This document shows, one piece after another, positions 27,765 through 36,244 of a stretch of DNA of 64,000 bases (position 1 is the first letter of the stretch; every line of letters starts with the position of its first letter). The notes beneath the pieces are model-generated. The model ran no database searches. It was not told the DNA's origin and saw only the letters and a list, made by a program, of their open reading frames with translations. Source of the stretch: an uncultured Candidatus Saccharibacteria bacterium (lineage in GTDB: Bacteria; Patescibacteriota; Saccharimonadia; Saccharimonadales; Saccharimonadaceae). A program made the translations under genes and the position numbers. Where the stretch lies: positions 49,407 to 113,406 of the forward strand of contig CAZAUF010000002.1 of assembly GCA_964488555.1 (NCBI GenBank), given 5' to 3'.

Positions 27765-29342
27765 CTACAACACTGAACGGATCAGTCCGACAAAGAGCGG
27801 ATGCGGACGATTAGGACGAGATTTCAGCTCGGGATGAGCTTGTGTAGCAACAAAATACGGATTATCCGACGCTTCGACGAACTCAACTAGCCGTCCGTCA
27901 GGTGACGTACCGCTAATCGTTATACCTCCCTGCTCTATCGACGCCTTAAACGCTTGATTCACCTCATAGCGGTGACGATGCCGCTCCACAACGTCGGTCG
28001 CGCCGTATGCTTCGGCCGCCTTGGTTCCAGCTTGCAACTGAGCTTCGTAGTTACCGAGGCGTAGCGTCCCGCCGGTGGATTCCTTGCCCTGCTGACCATC
28101 CATGATATAGACCACGTTGTGTGGTGTGTTCGGGTCAAATTCTGTACTATTTGCGTCCGATAGGCCTGCTCGACGGGCAGCCGCGATGACTGCCACCTGC
28201 AGCCCCAGGCATATGCCCAGATACGGCTTGCCGTGCTCCAACGCGTACGAGGCGGCGGCAATCTTGCCCGATACGCCGCGTTCGCCGAATCCACCAGGCA
28301 CCAACAGCGCGTCCACGCTGGCAAAGTCATCCTCTGTCGCTGCTTCGGCATTGATCCACTTGATTTCCACACCTACATCTTCTTGCCAACCAGCCGCTTT
28401 GAGAGCTTCAAGTACAGAGATATATGTGTCTTCGTTGTCCATATATTTCGCGACCATACCCACGCTAACAGTTCGCTCGTGCTGTTTGGTTTGCTTTTCG
28501 ACTATCTCTTTCCACTTGGTCAAATTCGGCTCGTTCTGATTGCCGGTAAATTTTGCCAAAACATCATTGATACCACTGGCAGCGATAGAAAGCGGTACTT
28601 CGAACACTGTCGAGGCATTCGGCAGCAGCACAACCGCCTCTTCGCGAACACCGCTAAACAGACTAATCTTGCGTGCTACACCCGCCGGAGCCGGACTGTC
28701 GGTCCGCACAATGACACTGTCTGGAACGATACCGAACCCGCGCAGGTCGTTGAGTGCGTTTTGAGCCGGTTTCGTCTTGAACTCTTTGCTTGTGCCGATG
28801 AATGGCACGTACACGACATGGACATACAAGCAGTTTTCGCGACCGACCCGCCCTGCAAACTCACGAATCGCTTCGACGAAGCTCAAACCCTCGTAGTCAC
28901 CGACCGTACCACCAATTTCGACGATATGCACATCGGCACCGTCAGCCGCATCCTGAATGGCATCTTGGATAGCTCCAGTCAAATGAGGTACCAACTGGAC
29001 AGTTTTGCCGCCAAACTTTCCCGCTCGCTCATCCGCAATCAATTGTTGCAATAGTCGCCCGCTGAGAGTGGCGTTCTTTTGCGTTAGTTCCAAATCTAAA
29101 AATCGTTCGTAATGACCCAGATCCAAATCTGTTTCGGCACCATCAACGGTCACGAAACACTCACCATGTTCGGCAGGATTTAAAAGCCCCGCATCTACAT
29201 TAAGATACGGGTCGCATTTTTGAATCGAAACTTTTGCACCTTTGGCTTGTAACACCGCACCAATACTTGCCGCGCTGATACCTTTACCGACACCCGACAG
29301 AACACCGCCTGTTACAAAAATAAACTTTTGATTTTTCTCCAT
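27765..29342 (-). CDS. pyrG: CTP synthase
   Basis: KFIFVTGGVLSGVGKG N-terminus and glutaminase GICLGLQ. ATG at 29342 chosen because GGGAGAG lies upstream. Confidence 0.95.
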   Translation of the reverse strand: MEKNQKFIFVTGGVLSGVGKGISAASIGAVLQAKGAKVSIQKCDPYLNVDAGLLNPAEHGECFVTVDGAETDLDLGHYERFLDLELTQKNATLSGRLLQQLIADERAGKFGGKTVQLVPHLTGAIQDAIQDAADGADVHIVEIGGTVGDYEGLSFVEAIREFAGRVGRENCLYVHVVYVPFIGTSKEFKTKPAQNALNDLRGFGIVPDSVIVRTDSPAPAGVARKISLFSGVREEAVVLLPNASTVFEVPLSIAASGINDVLAKFTGNQNEPNLTKWKEIVEKQTKQHERTVSVGMVAKYMDNEDTYISVLEALKAAGWQEDVGVEIKWINAEAATEDDFASVDALLVPGGFGERGVSGKIAAASYALEHGKPYLGICLGLQVAVIAAARRAGLSDANSTEFDPNTPHNVVYIMDGQQGKESTGGTLRLGNYEAQLQAGTKAAEAYGATDVVERHRHRYEVNQAFKASIEQGGITISGTSPDGRLVEFVEASDNPYFVATQAHPELKSRPNRPHPLFVGLIRSVL

Positions 29343-29428
29343 AGGTTTTGTCTCTCCCATGGGAGTTCATTGTATCATCAAGCGTCGTGCTTACGCCAGC
29401 ATCACAGAGGTGAAAAAGTTATAGTATT

Positions 29429-31204
29429 TTAGTGATGCGTTGCGAAATAACGCAGTATATCGATAGTTGCGTTTGGTATGTTTCCAGGTATCGGAATACC
29501 AGGCAAACCGTCAGCCATCGGATATGCTAAGTGGTAACGGTACAGGTCGGGAGCCGCTCGTAGCAAGTCAGACTGACTGATCTCAAAGCCAGCCTTCTGT
29601 GCAGCTTCGTACATACCCATACCACTATGCGCGTATACGTCACTCATGCCTGTATGGAGCTCCATGACGTATTCTGGAGCAGCTGGAGGTACGTCACCGC
29701 CAGCCACTGGCGGACCCTCTCTCAGCGGAGGATCTACATTTGGTGCAGCTGAGGCATCCGTCACCGCATCATGAGACAGCAGTCCCTTTGAACCATCGAA
29801 CCAGCCGCCTGGAAGCGTGTGTGTACCAGCACCAATAGCACCAGCCACAGCATAGCTACCGAGCGTGTAGTTTCTCGTCTTCGATTGTGCTTTACTGATA
29901 CGATTTTCGAAATCACTGCGAATTCGTGCGTGCATGTATTCAAATGCTTCATCAGTACTTGCATATTCTTGCATCAACTCGTCTGCATCAAAATTCAGCA
30001 TATTGGCACCGTCAGCACGCTGCTGGCGTTGGCGTGCGTTGAAACTTGCTGCCATCAGAGTACCTGAAGTAGCAAACGTGCCGGCACCACCAGTAAAGAA
30101 TCCTGCAACCGCTGATGCACCAACGCCTAGGATAACCTTGGGAACGACGTGCAAGCGGCCATATTTTTCGAGCAGCTTACCGAATTTGGTGTTGGAATTT
30201 CTGTAACTCTCCAGTATGGCAAGGTCAAGCTTCTTGGCTTCGTCGACGGTGTGTTCAGCGATTTTTCTAATCTTGTCAGTCATGGTCAAGGTCGCATCAC
30301 GTGCGATATCTGGGTTTAGTAAGCGGAAAACATCCAGAGAAGCGGCGTGGTACTTTGCGTATAACGCCTTGTTCTTGGGGCTATAACGAGCGTCACCCTT
30401 ATAGGCATCGATACCCCACATACGCTTCTCTCGTTTGGCGTTCAGCGTAGCCAGTTCTTGGCGCAGCTCATCCAATTTCTCGTTGGCTGCATCCAACATT
30501 TCTTGTTGTTCCGGCGTGCGAGCGGTCTCAGTCGTCGCTTCGGTACTTGCTGGCGTGGATCGCTCTTTTGACAGCATGCCGTATGTCATCGCAACGTAAC
30601 GCGTACGCATCATTTGCTCGAATAAGCTCAGTTTCGCGGCTTTCGCCTCATCGGATTTATCGTCCTTCTCAAATGCCGTCACGAAAGTGGCCAACGCTTC
30701 ACCAGTCGGTTGCGGCAGTGTACTGTCGGGTTGCGCATACTCTGATGTGTATTTGACCGCACGAAGGGGCAAATCATAATTTTTGCGCATTGGCTCAGGA
30801 ACGCTCTCGCGAGCTTGAGTGATACTTTGGAGTAACGTCGAGGCAGCTTCTGTCACCTGATCGTCGTTCATATCGAGTGCTGCCTGCTTGTTGTTGAAAT
30901 CAATCTGATTTTGGATATACTCCAGTACACCCAACTGATAGCCATCCAGTTTTTTATTCTGGTCGTTATCAAAATCTTCGCCGAAGCTGTCGAGCATACG
31001 CGCGTACACCGCGCTATCTGTATTACTTTCGGTGTCATTGAGCCACTCAGACGGGTCGAAACTCGAACGAGGGTTGTTGCGAAGTGCAAACTCCAGTTCT
31101 ATGAGTTTTTCACGAAACATCGCAACAGTCGGCATGTTGTCGTGGCCGCGTTCCGGAGAGGCGGTCGTCACTGTTTCGACAGATGGGGAAAGATTCTTGT
31201 TCAT
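29429..31204 (-). CDS. hypothetical membrane protein (591 aa)
   Basis: Long helical/acidic N-terminal part and two Gly/Ala-rich hydrophobic segments (VILGVGASAVAGFFTGGAG; LGSYAVAGAIGAG). No recognisable domain. Confidence 0.5.
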   Translation of the reverse strand: MNKNLSPSVETVTTASPERGHDNMPTVAMFREKLIELEFALRNNPRSSFDPSEWLNDTESNTDSAVYARMLDSFGEDFDNDQNKKLDGYQLGVLEYIQNQIDFNNKQAALDMNDDQVTEAASTLLQSITQARESVPEPMRKNYDLPLRAVKYTSEYAQPDSTLPQPTGEALATFVTAFEKDDKSDEAKAAKLSLFEQMMRTRYVAMTYGMLSKERSTPASTEATTETARTPEQQEMLDAANEKLDELRQELATLNAKREKRMWGIDAYKGDARYSPKNKALYAKYHAASLDVFRLLNPDIARDATLTMTDKIRKIAEHTVDEAKKLDLAILESYRNSNTKFGKLLEKYGRLHVVPKVILGVGASAVAGFFTGGAGTFATSGTLMAASFNARQRQQRADGANMLNFDADELMQEYASTDEAFEYMHARIRSDFENRISKAQSKTRNYTLGSYAVAGAIGAGTHTLPGGWFDGSKGLLSHDAVTDASAAPNVDPPLREGPPVAGGDVPPAAPEYVMELHTGMSDVYAHSGMGMYEAAQKAGFEISQSDLLRAAPDLYRYHLAYPMADGLPGIPIPGNIPNATIDILRYFATHH

Positions 31205-31281
31205 AAATTCCTATACGGAATATATGATATCAATAAATTGCAAAAAAGTCAAGAGTTTATGCTAATAAAAATCTCGTCGCC

Positions 31282-32583
31282 CTATCTGTTGATGACATCG
31301 AGTGCTTTGCTGCCAACCGGATAGAACTTTATCTCCGACTCATGCCGCCAGGCTTCTTGTAGCGGTGTCACGACTTCCCAGGCACGCAGCACCTCGCCAC
31401 TGGTCGCAAACAGGCTTTTGCGACTGCCGATAGCGTCGACCAGTATTTGTTCGTACGCATCGGGCATACGTGCGTCTGCGGGATATGTGTAGCTCAAACT
31501 TTGATGCTCGACCTCTCTGTCGTAGCCGGGTTTTCTGGTTACTAGGTCGATAGCTATGCCTTCGTTGGGCTGAATTTTAAATATCAGATAATTACTCTGG
31601 CTGTCATGTGCTCGGCGAAAATGTACTCTCACCTCTGTTTTTTTGTGACTAAGTGCTTTGCCAGTCGTGAGCGCGAGCGGTACGCCCTGCCACATGGGGT
31701 CAGTCGATTCAAGTGCTAGCGACACAAACGTTTCGACCATACTGTCGGGATTGTTCACTTCATCGCGGTAGCCATCATACTGCGCACGAACACTTCGAGC
31801 TGGATCAGCTGGTGCCAGCGCGTCAAGTGCCGCTTGCCGCCGGGCCGGTAGACTATCCCAGTCAAGCTCTTCGCCTTCTGGCAGCGGTAGTAACACCAGT
31901 GCCAGCAGTTGCAGCAAGTGGCCTTGTACGATATCGCGCAGCGCACCTGTCTGCTCATAAAACGCCGCTCTGCCCTCGATACCGATCGATTCAAGCGCGA
32001 GCACGTCGATGCGCTCGATATACTTGTTGCTCCACAGGTATGAAAAGATGGCGTTTCGTGCTCGAAATGTTACGAGATTCTGTGCCATCTCCTTCGCCAG
32101 GTAGTGATCGATACGGTATATCTGTTCTTCGTTGAAATACGCTGCAGTGTGATTGATCATCGTCTGCGCCGACTCGGTATCGGTGCCAAACGGCTTTTCA
32201 AAGAGCAACTTGCTGCTAGATCCATTGAGACCGGCCTGACCGAGATTTTCCACGATACCCCCTGCAGAATCTGGCGGTACCGACAAATAAAAAAGTACCT
32301 GTTCGTCGGGTTGTTGATCTATGTACTCACGTAGTTTCTCATAGTCGTCGGCATTATCCAGATCCATCTGAAACATAGTTGTAGTACCACTGAGGCTGCC
32401 GTGGTGGTCGCCGAGCACCTGAAATTGCTCGACGGGTCGGCGCGACACACCGATGATTGACAGTTCGTCGCACTTCCCCGCTTCAATGACATTCGCCAGC
32501 GCAGGCAGCAGTTTGCGCCGCGACAAGTCACCGGTAATACCAAAAATAACGAGTTTCGTCTTCACTCTTTTCAGTATACACAA
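31282..32583 (-). CDS. zwf: glucose-6-phosphate dehydrogenase
   Basis: FGITGDLSRRKLLPAL and RIDHYLAKE motifs. The start codon is uncertain (TTG at 32583 or GTG six codons later). Confidence 0.88.
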   Translation of the reverse strand: MCILKRVKTKLVIFGITGDLSRRKLLPALANVIEAGKCDELSIIGVSRRPVEQFQVLGDHHGSLSGTTTMFQMDLDNADDYEKLREYIDQQPDEQVLFYLSVPPDSAGGIVENLGQAGLNGSSSKLLFEKPFGTDTESAQTMINHTAAYFNEEQIYRIDHYLAKEMAQNLVTFRARNAIFSYLWSNKYIERIDVLALESIGIEGRAAFYEQTGALRDIVQGHLLQLLALVLLPLPEGEELDWDSLPARRQAALDALAPADPARSVRAQYDGYRDEVNNPDSMVETFVSLALESTDPMWQGVPLALTTGKALSHKKTEVRVHFRRAHDSQSNYLIFKIQPNEGIAIDLVTRKPGYDREVEHQSLSYTYPADARMPDAYEQILVDAIGSRKSLFATSGEVLRAWEVVTPLQEAWRHESEIKFYPVGSKALDVINR

Positions 32584-32708
32584 CTTTCATCTTCGCGACC
32601 CGCTGCGTCAACGCCTGCGTTTCGATGCTCACGTATCCTTTATACGCTGCACTTCGATACTCGGCTTTTCCTTGCGTGTCATCGAAGCATAAAAGTTGTT
32701 AGTCATCT

Positions 32709-33422
32709 TTAAAGTGAGAACTTTAGTCTGCGAATGATAAGCAAAGTTACGATCCAAAACATCACGCCCCAGGCAAGCGCGAGCGGCAAGTAGAGCGGTT
32801 GCAAAAGGTAGAATCCACCCACCCACAGGACAGTCAGCGGTATATAAATCACCACGCGATCAAACGCCCGCATGAGTGGCGCGAACTTTCGAACGACCAG
32901 CCAGTACACCACGGGAACCACCAGACCAAGTGGTATAAACAGTTGTGATGCAAACCAGCCAAGTACTGCACCGACAGACAAAAACATCACCAGTAGTGTC
33001 GACCGGTCCGTCACACTGAAACTGCGCTCTGCATCATATGCTTTTAGCTGCTTAGTCAGGTCTTTGTAGCTATCGTACTCGATGATCGTGTCGGCGATAC
33101 CATCAAACACCGCCTTGTGGTGCACCCCACGCTTTTTGACCACAATGACCGGCTTTCGTAGTGCGTATGCCATACCGGCTTCGACCATACGACCGCCAGT
33201 CGGTTGATCAGAAATATCTATAAGCAGGGCGTCACAACTACCGAGTTCGTCATAGGCGCGATCCCAGAGCTGCTTCGGATCATCAAACGTATGCTTATAC
33301 TGTTCGACATCGCGCACAAAGCAAAAATCACGCATTTTCGCTTCGCGTACCGCTGTACATAGCTCCTCTATTTCCTGCTTGTTATTCGCTCCCGCAAAAC
33401 GCGCCGTGACGTATACTTTCAT
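32709..33422 (-). CDS. nucleoside 2-deoxyribosyltransferase-like domain fused to a C-terminal multi-TM domain
   Basis: The N-terminal ~140 aa (MKVYVTARF...DALLIDISDQPTGGRMVEAGMAYALRKPVIVV) fit the NDT/Rossmann-like pattern. The C-terminal ~95 aa carry about four hydrophobic helices. Confidence 0.5.
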   Translation of the reverse strand: MKVYVTARFAGANNKQEIEELCTAVREAKMRDFCFVRDVEQYKHTFDDPKQLWDRAYDELGSCDALLIDISDQPTGGRMVEAGMAYALRKPVIVVKKRGVHHKAVFDGIADTIIEYDSYKDLTKQLKAYDAERSFSVTDRSTLLVMFLSVGAVLGWFASQLFIPLGLVVPVVYWLVVRKFAPLMRAFDRVVIYIPLTVLWVGGFYLLQPLYLPLALAWGVMFWIVTLLIIRRLKFSL

Positions 33423-33435
33423 TGCCCTCAGTATA

Positions 33436-34245
33436 TCACTCGCCGAGTTGCAATAGTGCCAGGCTCATCGCCATGACTGCCATGCCAGCCACTGTGCCGT
33501 AAATCGCCTGGTGCGTCGATGTAGAGTATCTGCGTGCTGCCGGGAGCAACTCGTCCAAACTGATAAACACCATCATGCCGGCTACCATGGCAAATAACGT
33601 TCCGATTAGGCCCTCCGGCAGGACAGCTATCAGTGTAATGTAACCTATCAGCGCACCTGCAGGTTCCGCGAGTCCGGCAACAGCCGTGTACATAAACGCC
33701 TTTTTGCGGCTCCTCGTCGCGGCATATACCGGTGCTGCCACCGCGATACCTTCAGGGATATTATGAATGGCAATTGCCACGGCAAGCATGATACCCAGCT
33801 GCGGATCTTGCATCGCACCTATAAACGTCACCAGTCCTTCAGGAAGGTTATGCATACCAATCGCGATCGCGACCAGTATGCCGCTCCGCATGAGCCGCTT
33901 TGTCTCTGTTTTTGTCAGACCATCGTTCGGCTCGTTTTCTCTGCCTTCGCGCTTGCTGGGGTTAACAGCCCTCGGCAATAATCGATCGATGATTGCCACC
34001 ACAACCATGCCAGCAAAAAACGCCCCGAGTGTCACCGCAAATGCAAAGTCTCCATACTCGGACACGATAGACGCTTGAGCTGCGGGAAGCATCTCGACAA
34101 ACGACACGAGCAACATAGCACCCGCTGCAAATCCAAGTGCCATAGCAAGCACATGTCGCCGGATCATGCCCTTGTGCATGGCAAGCAAGCCGCCTATGAG
34201 TGTCGAAAGTCCCGCCAGTAGTGTCAGTATCAGCGCGAAAAGCAT
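33436..34245 (-). CDS. zupT: ZIP-family metal transporter
   Basis: Polytopic, with HNLPEG and HNIPEG motifs. Confidence 0.85.
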   Translation of the reverse strand: MLFALILTLLAGLSTLIGGLLAMHKGMIRRHVLAMALGFAAGAMLLVSFVEMLPAAQASIVSEYGDFAFAVTLGAFFAGMVVVAIIDRLLPRAVNPSKREGRENEPNDGLTKTETKRLMRSGILVAIAIGMHNLPEGLVTFIGAMQDPQLGIMLAVAIAIHNIPEGIAVAAPVYAATRSRKKAFMYTAVAGLAEPAGALIGYITLIAVLPEGLIGTLFAMVAGMMVFISLDELLPAARRYSTSTHQAIYGTVAGMAVMAMSLALLQLGE

Positions 34246-34257
34246 GGTGTTACACCT

Positions 34258-34758
34258 TTATTTCTGGAGTCGCTCTTCCGGCTCGACGACAGCACCAAAA
34301 TGCTTGTCGTGCAGTTTAAACGATACATCCTCGCCAACGTACTCAACATATGCATTCAGCTCGTTCGCGAGACCCTTGGTGTCAAAAGCAATGTCAGTGT
34401 GCTTTGCAAGAAAACGAGACAGTGGCAATGCGGTTACGAAAAACGCACAGTCCAGACCCTCTTCGTATTCTCTACCCGGTTTTGGCTGGAGAAGTTCGAT
34501 GTACGGAATATTCCAATGATCAGTCTTGAGCGGCGGATCGACCGCCAGGATACTCACCAAACGTCCGTTTACTTCGCGTTCACTCAATACCTTTGCCGAC
34601 TGAGCCAGTTTTTGCTTCACTTCTTCGTAGCGTTCATTACTGTTTACTTCGTAAGCCAGCGTGTCGCACTGTGTCAGCTCATCTCTATTGATAGAGAGTT
34701 TATCCAATAGACCCTCTGCCTTCGACATAAACTCGCGATAATCTCCCAAAGTCTCCAT
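34258..34758 (-). CDS. YecM-like VOC-superfamily protein
   Basis: The pattern ...EREVNGRLVSILAV...HWNIPYIELLQPKPGREYEEG... resembles my recollection of E. coli YecM. Confidence 0.45.
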   Translation of the reverse strand: METLGDYREFMSKAEGLLDKLSINRDELTQCDTLAYEVNSNERYEEVKQKLAQSAKVLSEREVNGRLVSILAVDPPLKTDHWNIPYIELLQPKPGREYEEGLDCAFFVTALPLSRFLAKHTDIAFDTKGLANELNAYVEYVGEDVSFKLHDKHFGAVVEPEERLQK

Positions 34759-34908
34759 ATTTGTATCCTAAATTAGTGTTATCTACTAAGGTGAAGAAGG
34801 TTAGGAGTTCGGATGAAGTGCAAGGCGACAGCGAAGCCACGACCGAGGTGTATCTAACATACACCCCCGGGAGGACTGGAGCTGACAACACAGCAATTCG
34901 CCGAAATA

Positions 34909-35895
34909 CTAGTCCTTCTTCGCGCCGTTTACTTCGTAACTGGTATTTGTCGCCTCAAAGAAATTCACGAGTTCAAGCGTATCGTTTGCCGTCGCCATCC
35001 ATTTGGCTGGGTTGCTGACGTTGTAGTGCGCATCAAAACCGAGCTCTTCTAGGCGTCGATCCGCCAAGTACTTCACATACTGGTTGATGTAGTCCGCGTT
35101 CAGACCCAAGATACCGTTTGGCAGCAGATCCTTGTTGTACTGCTCCTCCATTTCCACACCGTCGAGAATCATCTGCTTGATTTCGGCAGCAAACTCTTCA
35201 GTCTGCAGGTCTTCGTTTTCCTCAAGTACCGTTAGGATGAGATTGATACCAAATTTTAGGTGCAGTGATTCATCACGAACCACCCAGTTGATAAGGTATG
35301 CGAAATTACGCAGCAGGTTGCGCTGGCGGAAGCTCAGTGCCACCATGAAACCGCTGTAGAACCAGATACCTTCGAGGATGATGTTGTAAGCGACCAGGTT
35401 GCGAATGAAGTCCTTCTTGCCTTCGGTCGTCGTGATGTCCAGCGTGTCTTCGGTCATACGCTTGATAAACTTCGTCTCGAACTCTTCCTTGCGTGCCATT
35501 GATTCCACTTCCACGTGCGCAGCGTACGACGCCTCGCGGTCGATTGGAAATGTTTCGAGCACGTACTCAAATGCCATGCAGTGATTGGCTTCTTCCCACA
35601 TCTGCTTAGCGAGGTACAGGTGCGCCTCTGCCGCGTTGACGTATGGGTAAACACCGAAAGCCAGTGCCTTGTTCACGAGCAATTCATTCGGGTTGAAGTA
35701 GCTCATCAGGAACGTCACTGCGTGGCGTTCCTCGTCACTCATTTTTTTCCAGTCCGCCAGGTCTTGGCCGAGCTGGATTTCGTTTGGAAACCACGTGTTG
35801 GCGACCGCTTGATTGTAGAGGTCGTATGCCCACTGGTATTTAACTGGTTTGAGAAGTAATCCGTCTTGGATACCTGTTCCGAGAATGCCTGCCAT
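34909..35895 (-). CDS. nrdB: ribonucleotide reductase small subunit, class Ic-like ligand set
   Basis: Metal-site motifs are NPNELLV, EEANHCMAF, ILEGIWFYSGF and RDESLH. Glu replaces the first Asp, and Phe sits at the radical-Tyr position (H+4). Confidence 0.9.
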   Translation of the reverse strand: MAGILGTGIQDGLLLKPVKYQWAYDLYNQAVANTWFPNEIQLGQDLADWKKMSDEERHAVTFLMSYFNPNELLVNKALAFGVYPYVNAAEAHLYLAKQMWEEANHCMAFEYVLETFPIDREASYAAHVEVESMARKEEFETKFIKRMTEDTLDITTTEGKKDFIRNLVAYNIILEGIWFYSGFMVALSFRQRNLLRNFAYLINWVVRDESLHLKFGINLILTVLEENEDLQTEEFAAEIKQMILDGVEMEEQYNKDLLPNGILGLNADYINQYVKYLADRRLEELGFDAHYNVSNPAKWMATANDTLELVNFFEATNTSYEVNGAKKD

Positions 35896-35956
35896 GGTAA
35901 TTCGCAAATCCTTTCCTTAATATTTCAAACAAACGTGTCATATCTATCGTAACCCT

Positions 35957-36130
35957 TTACTCGCAACCGTCGCAAATCGTCAGCATGGCTGGATCAAGCG
36001 GTGCAGCGATAGAACCGCTTTTTTGCGCTTCTTCCTGTGCCTGCTCCTGCGCAGCTTTCATAGCCTTGTCGATCGCGTCCAATTTCTCTTGCAGAGTCAT
36101 GTTGTCGTCGATGATTTGTGATGCGTTCAT
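35957..36130 (-). CDS. unannotated 57-aa ORF between nrdA and nrdB ending in CDGCE
   Basis: Read by hand from the sequence because it is below the ORF-track cutoff: MNASQIIDDNMTLQEKLDAIDKAMKAAQEQAQEEAQKSGSIAAPLDPAMLTICDGCE. AAGGGG lies 11 nt upstream of the ATG. Confidence 0.45.
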   Translation of the reverse strand: MNASQIIDDNMTLQEKLDAIDKAMKAAQEQAQEEAQKSGSIAAPLDPAMLTICDGCE

Positions 36131-36244
36131 AGTATTATTTTCCCCTTATACCCTTTTCTTTTCAGTTATGTTTTTCATGTGTTCTTTTCGTTCAGAGCGT
36201 ACCCATAGGCTATGTCTCCACCCTTACATCCCATGAAACAGGTT

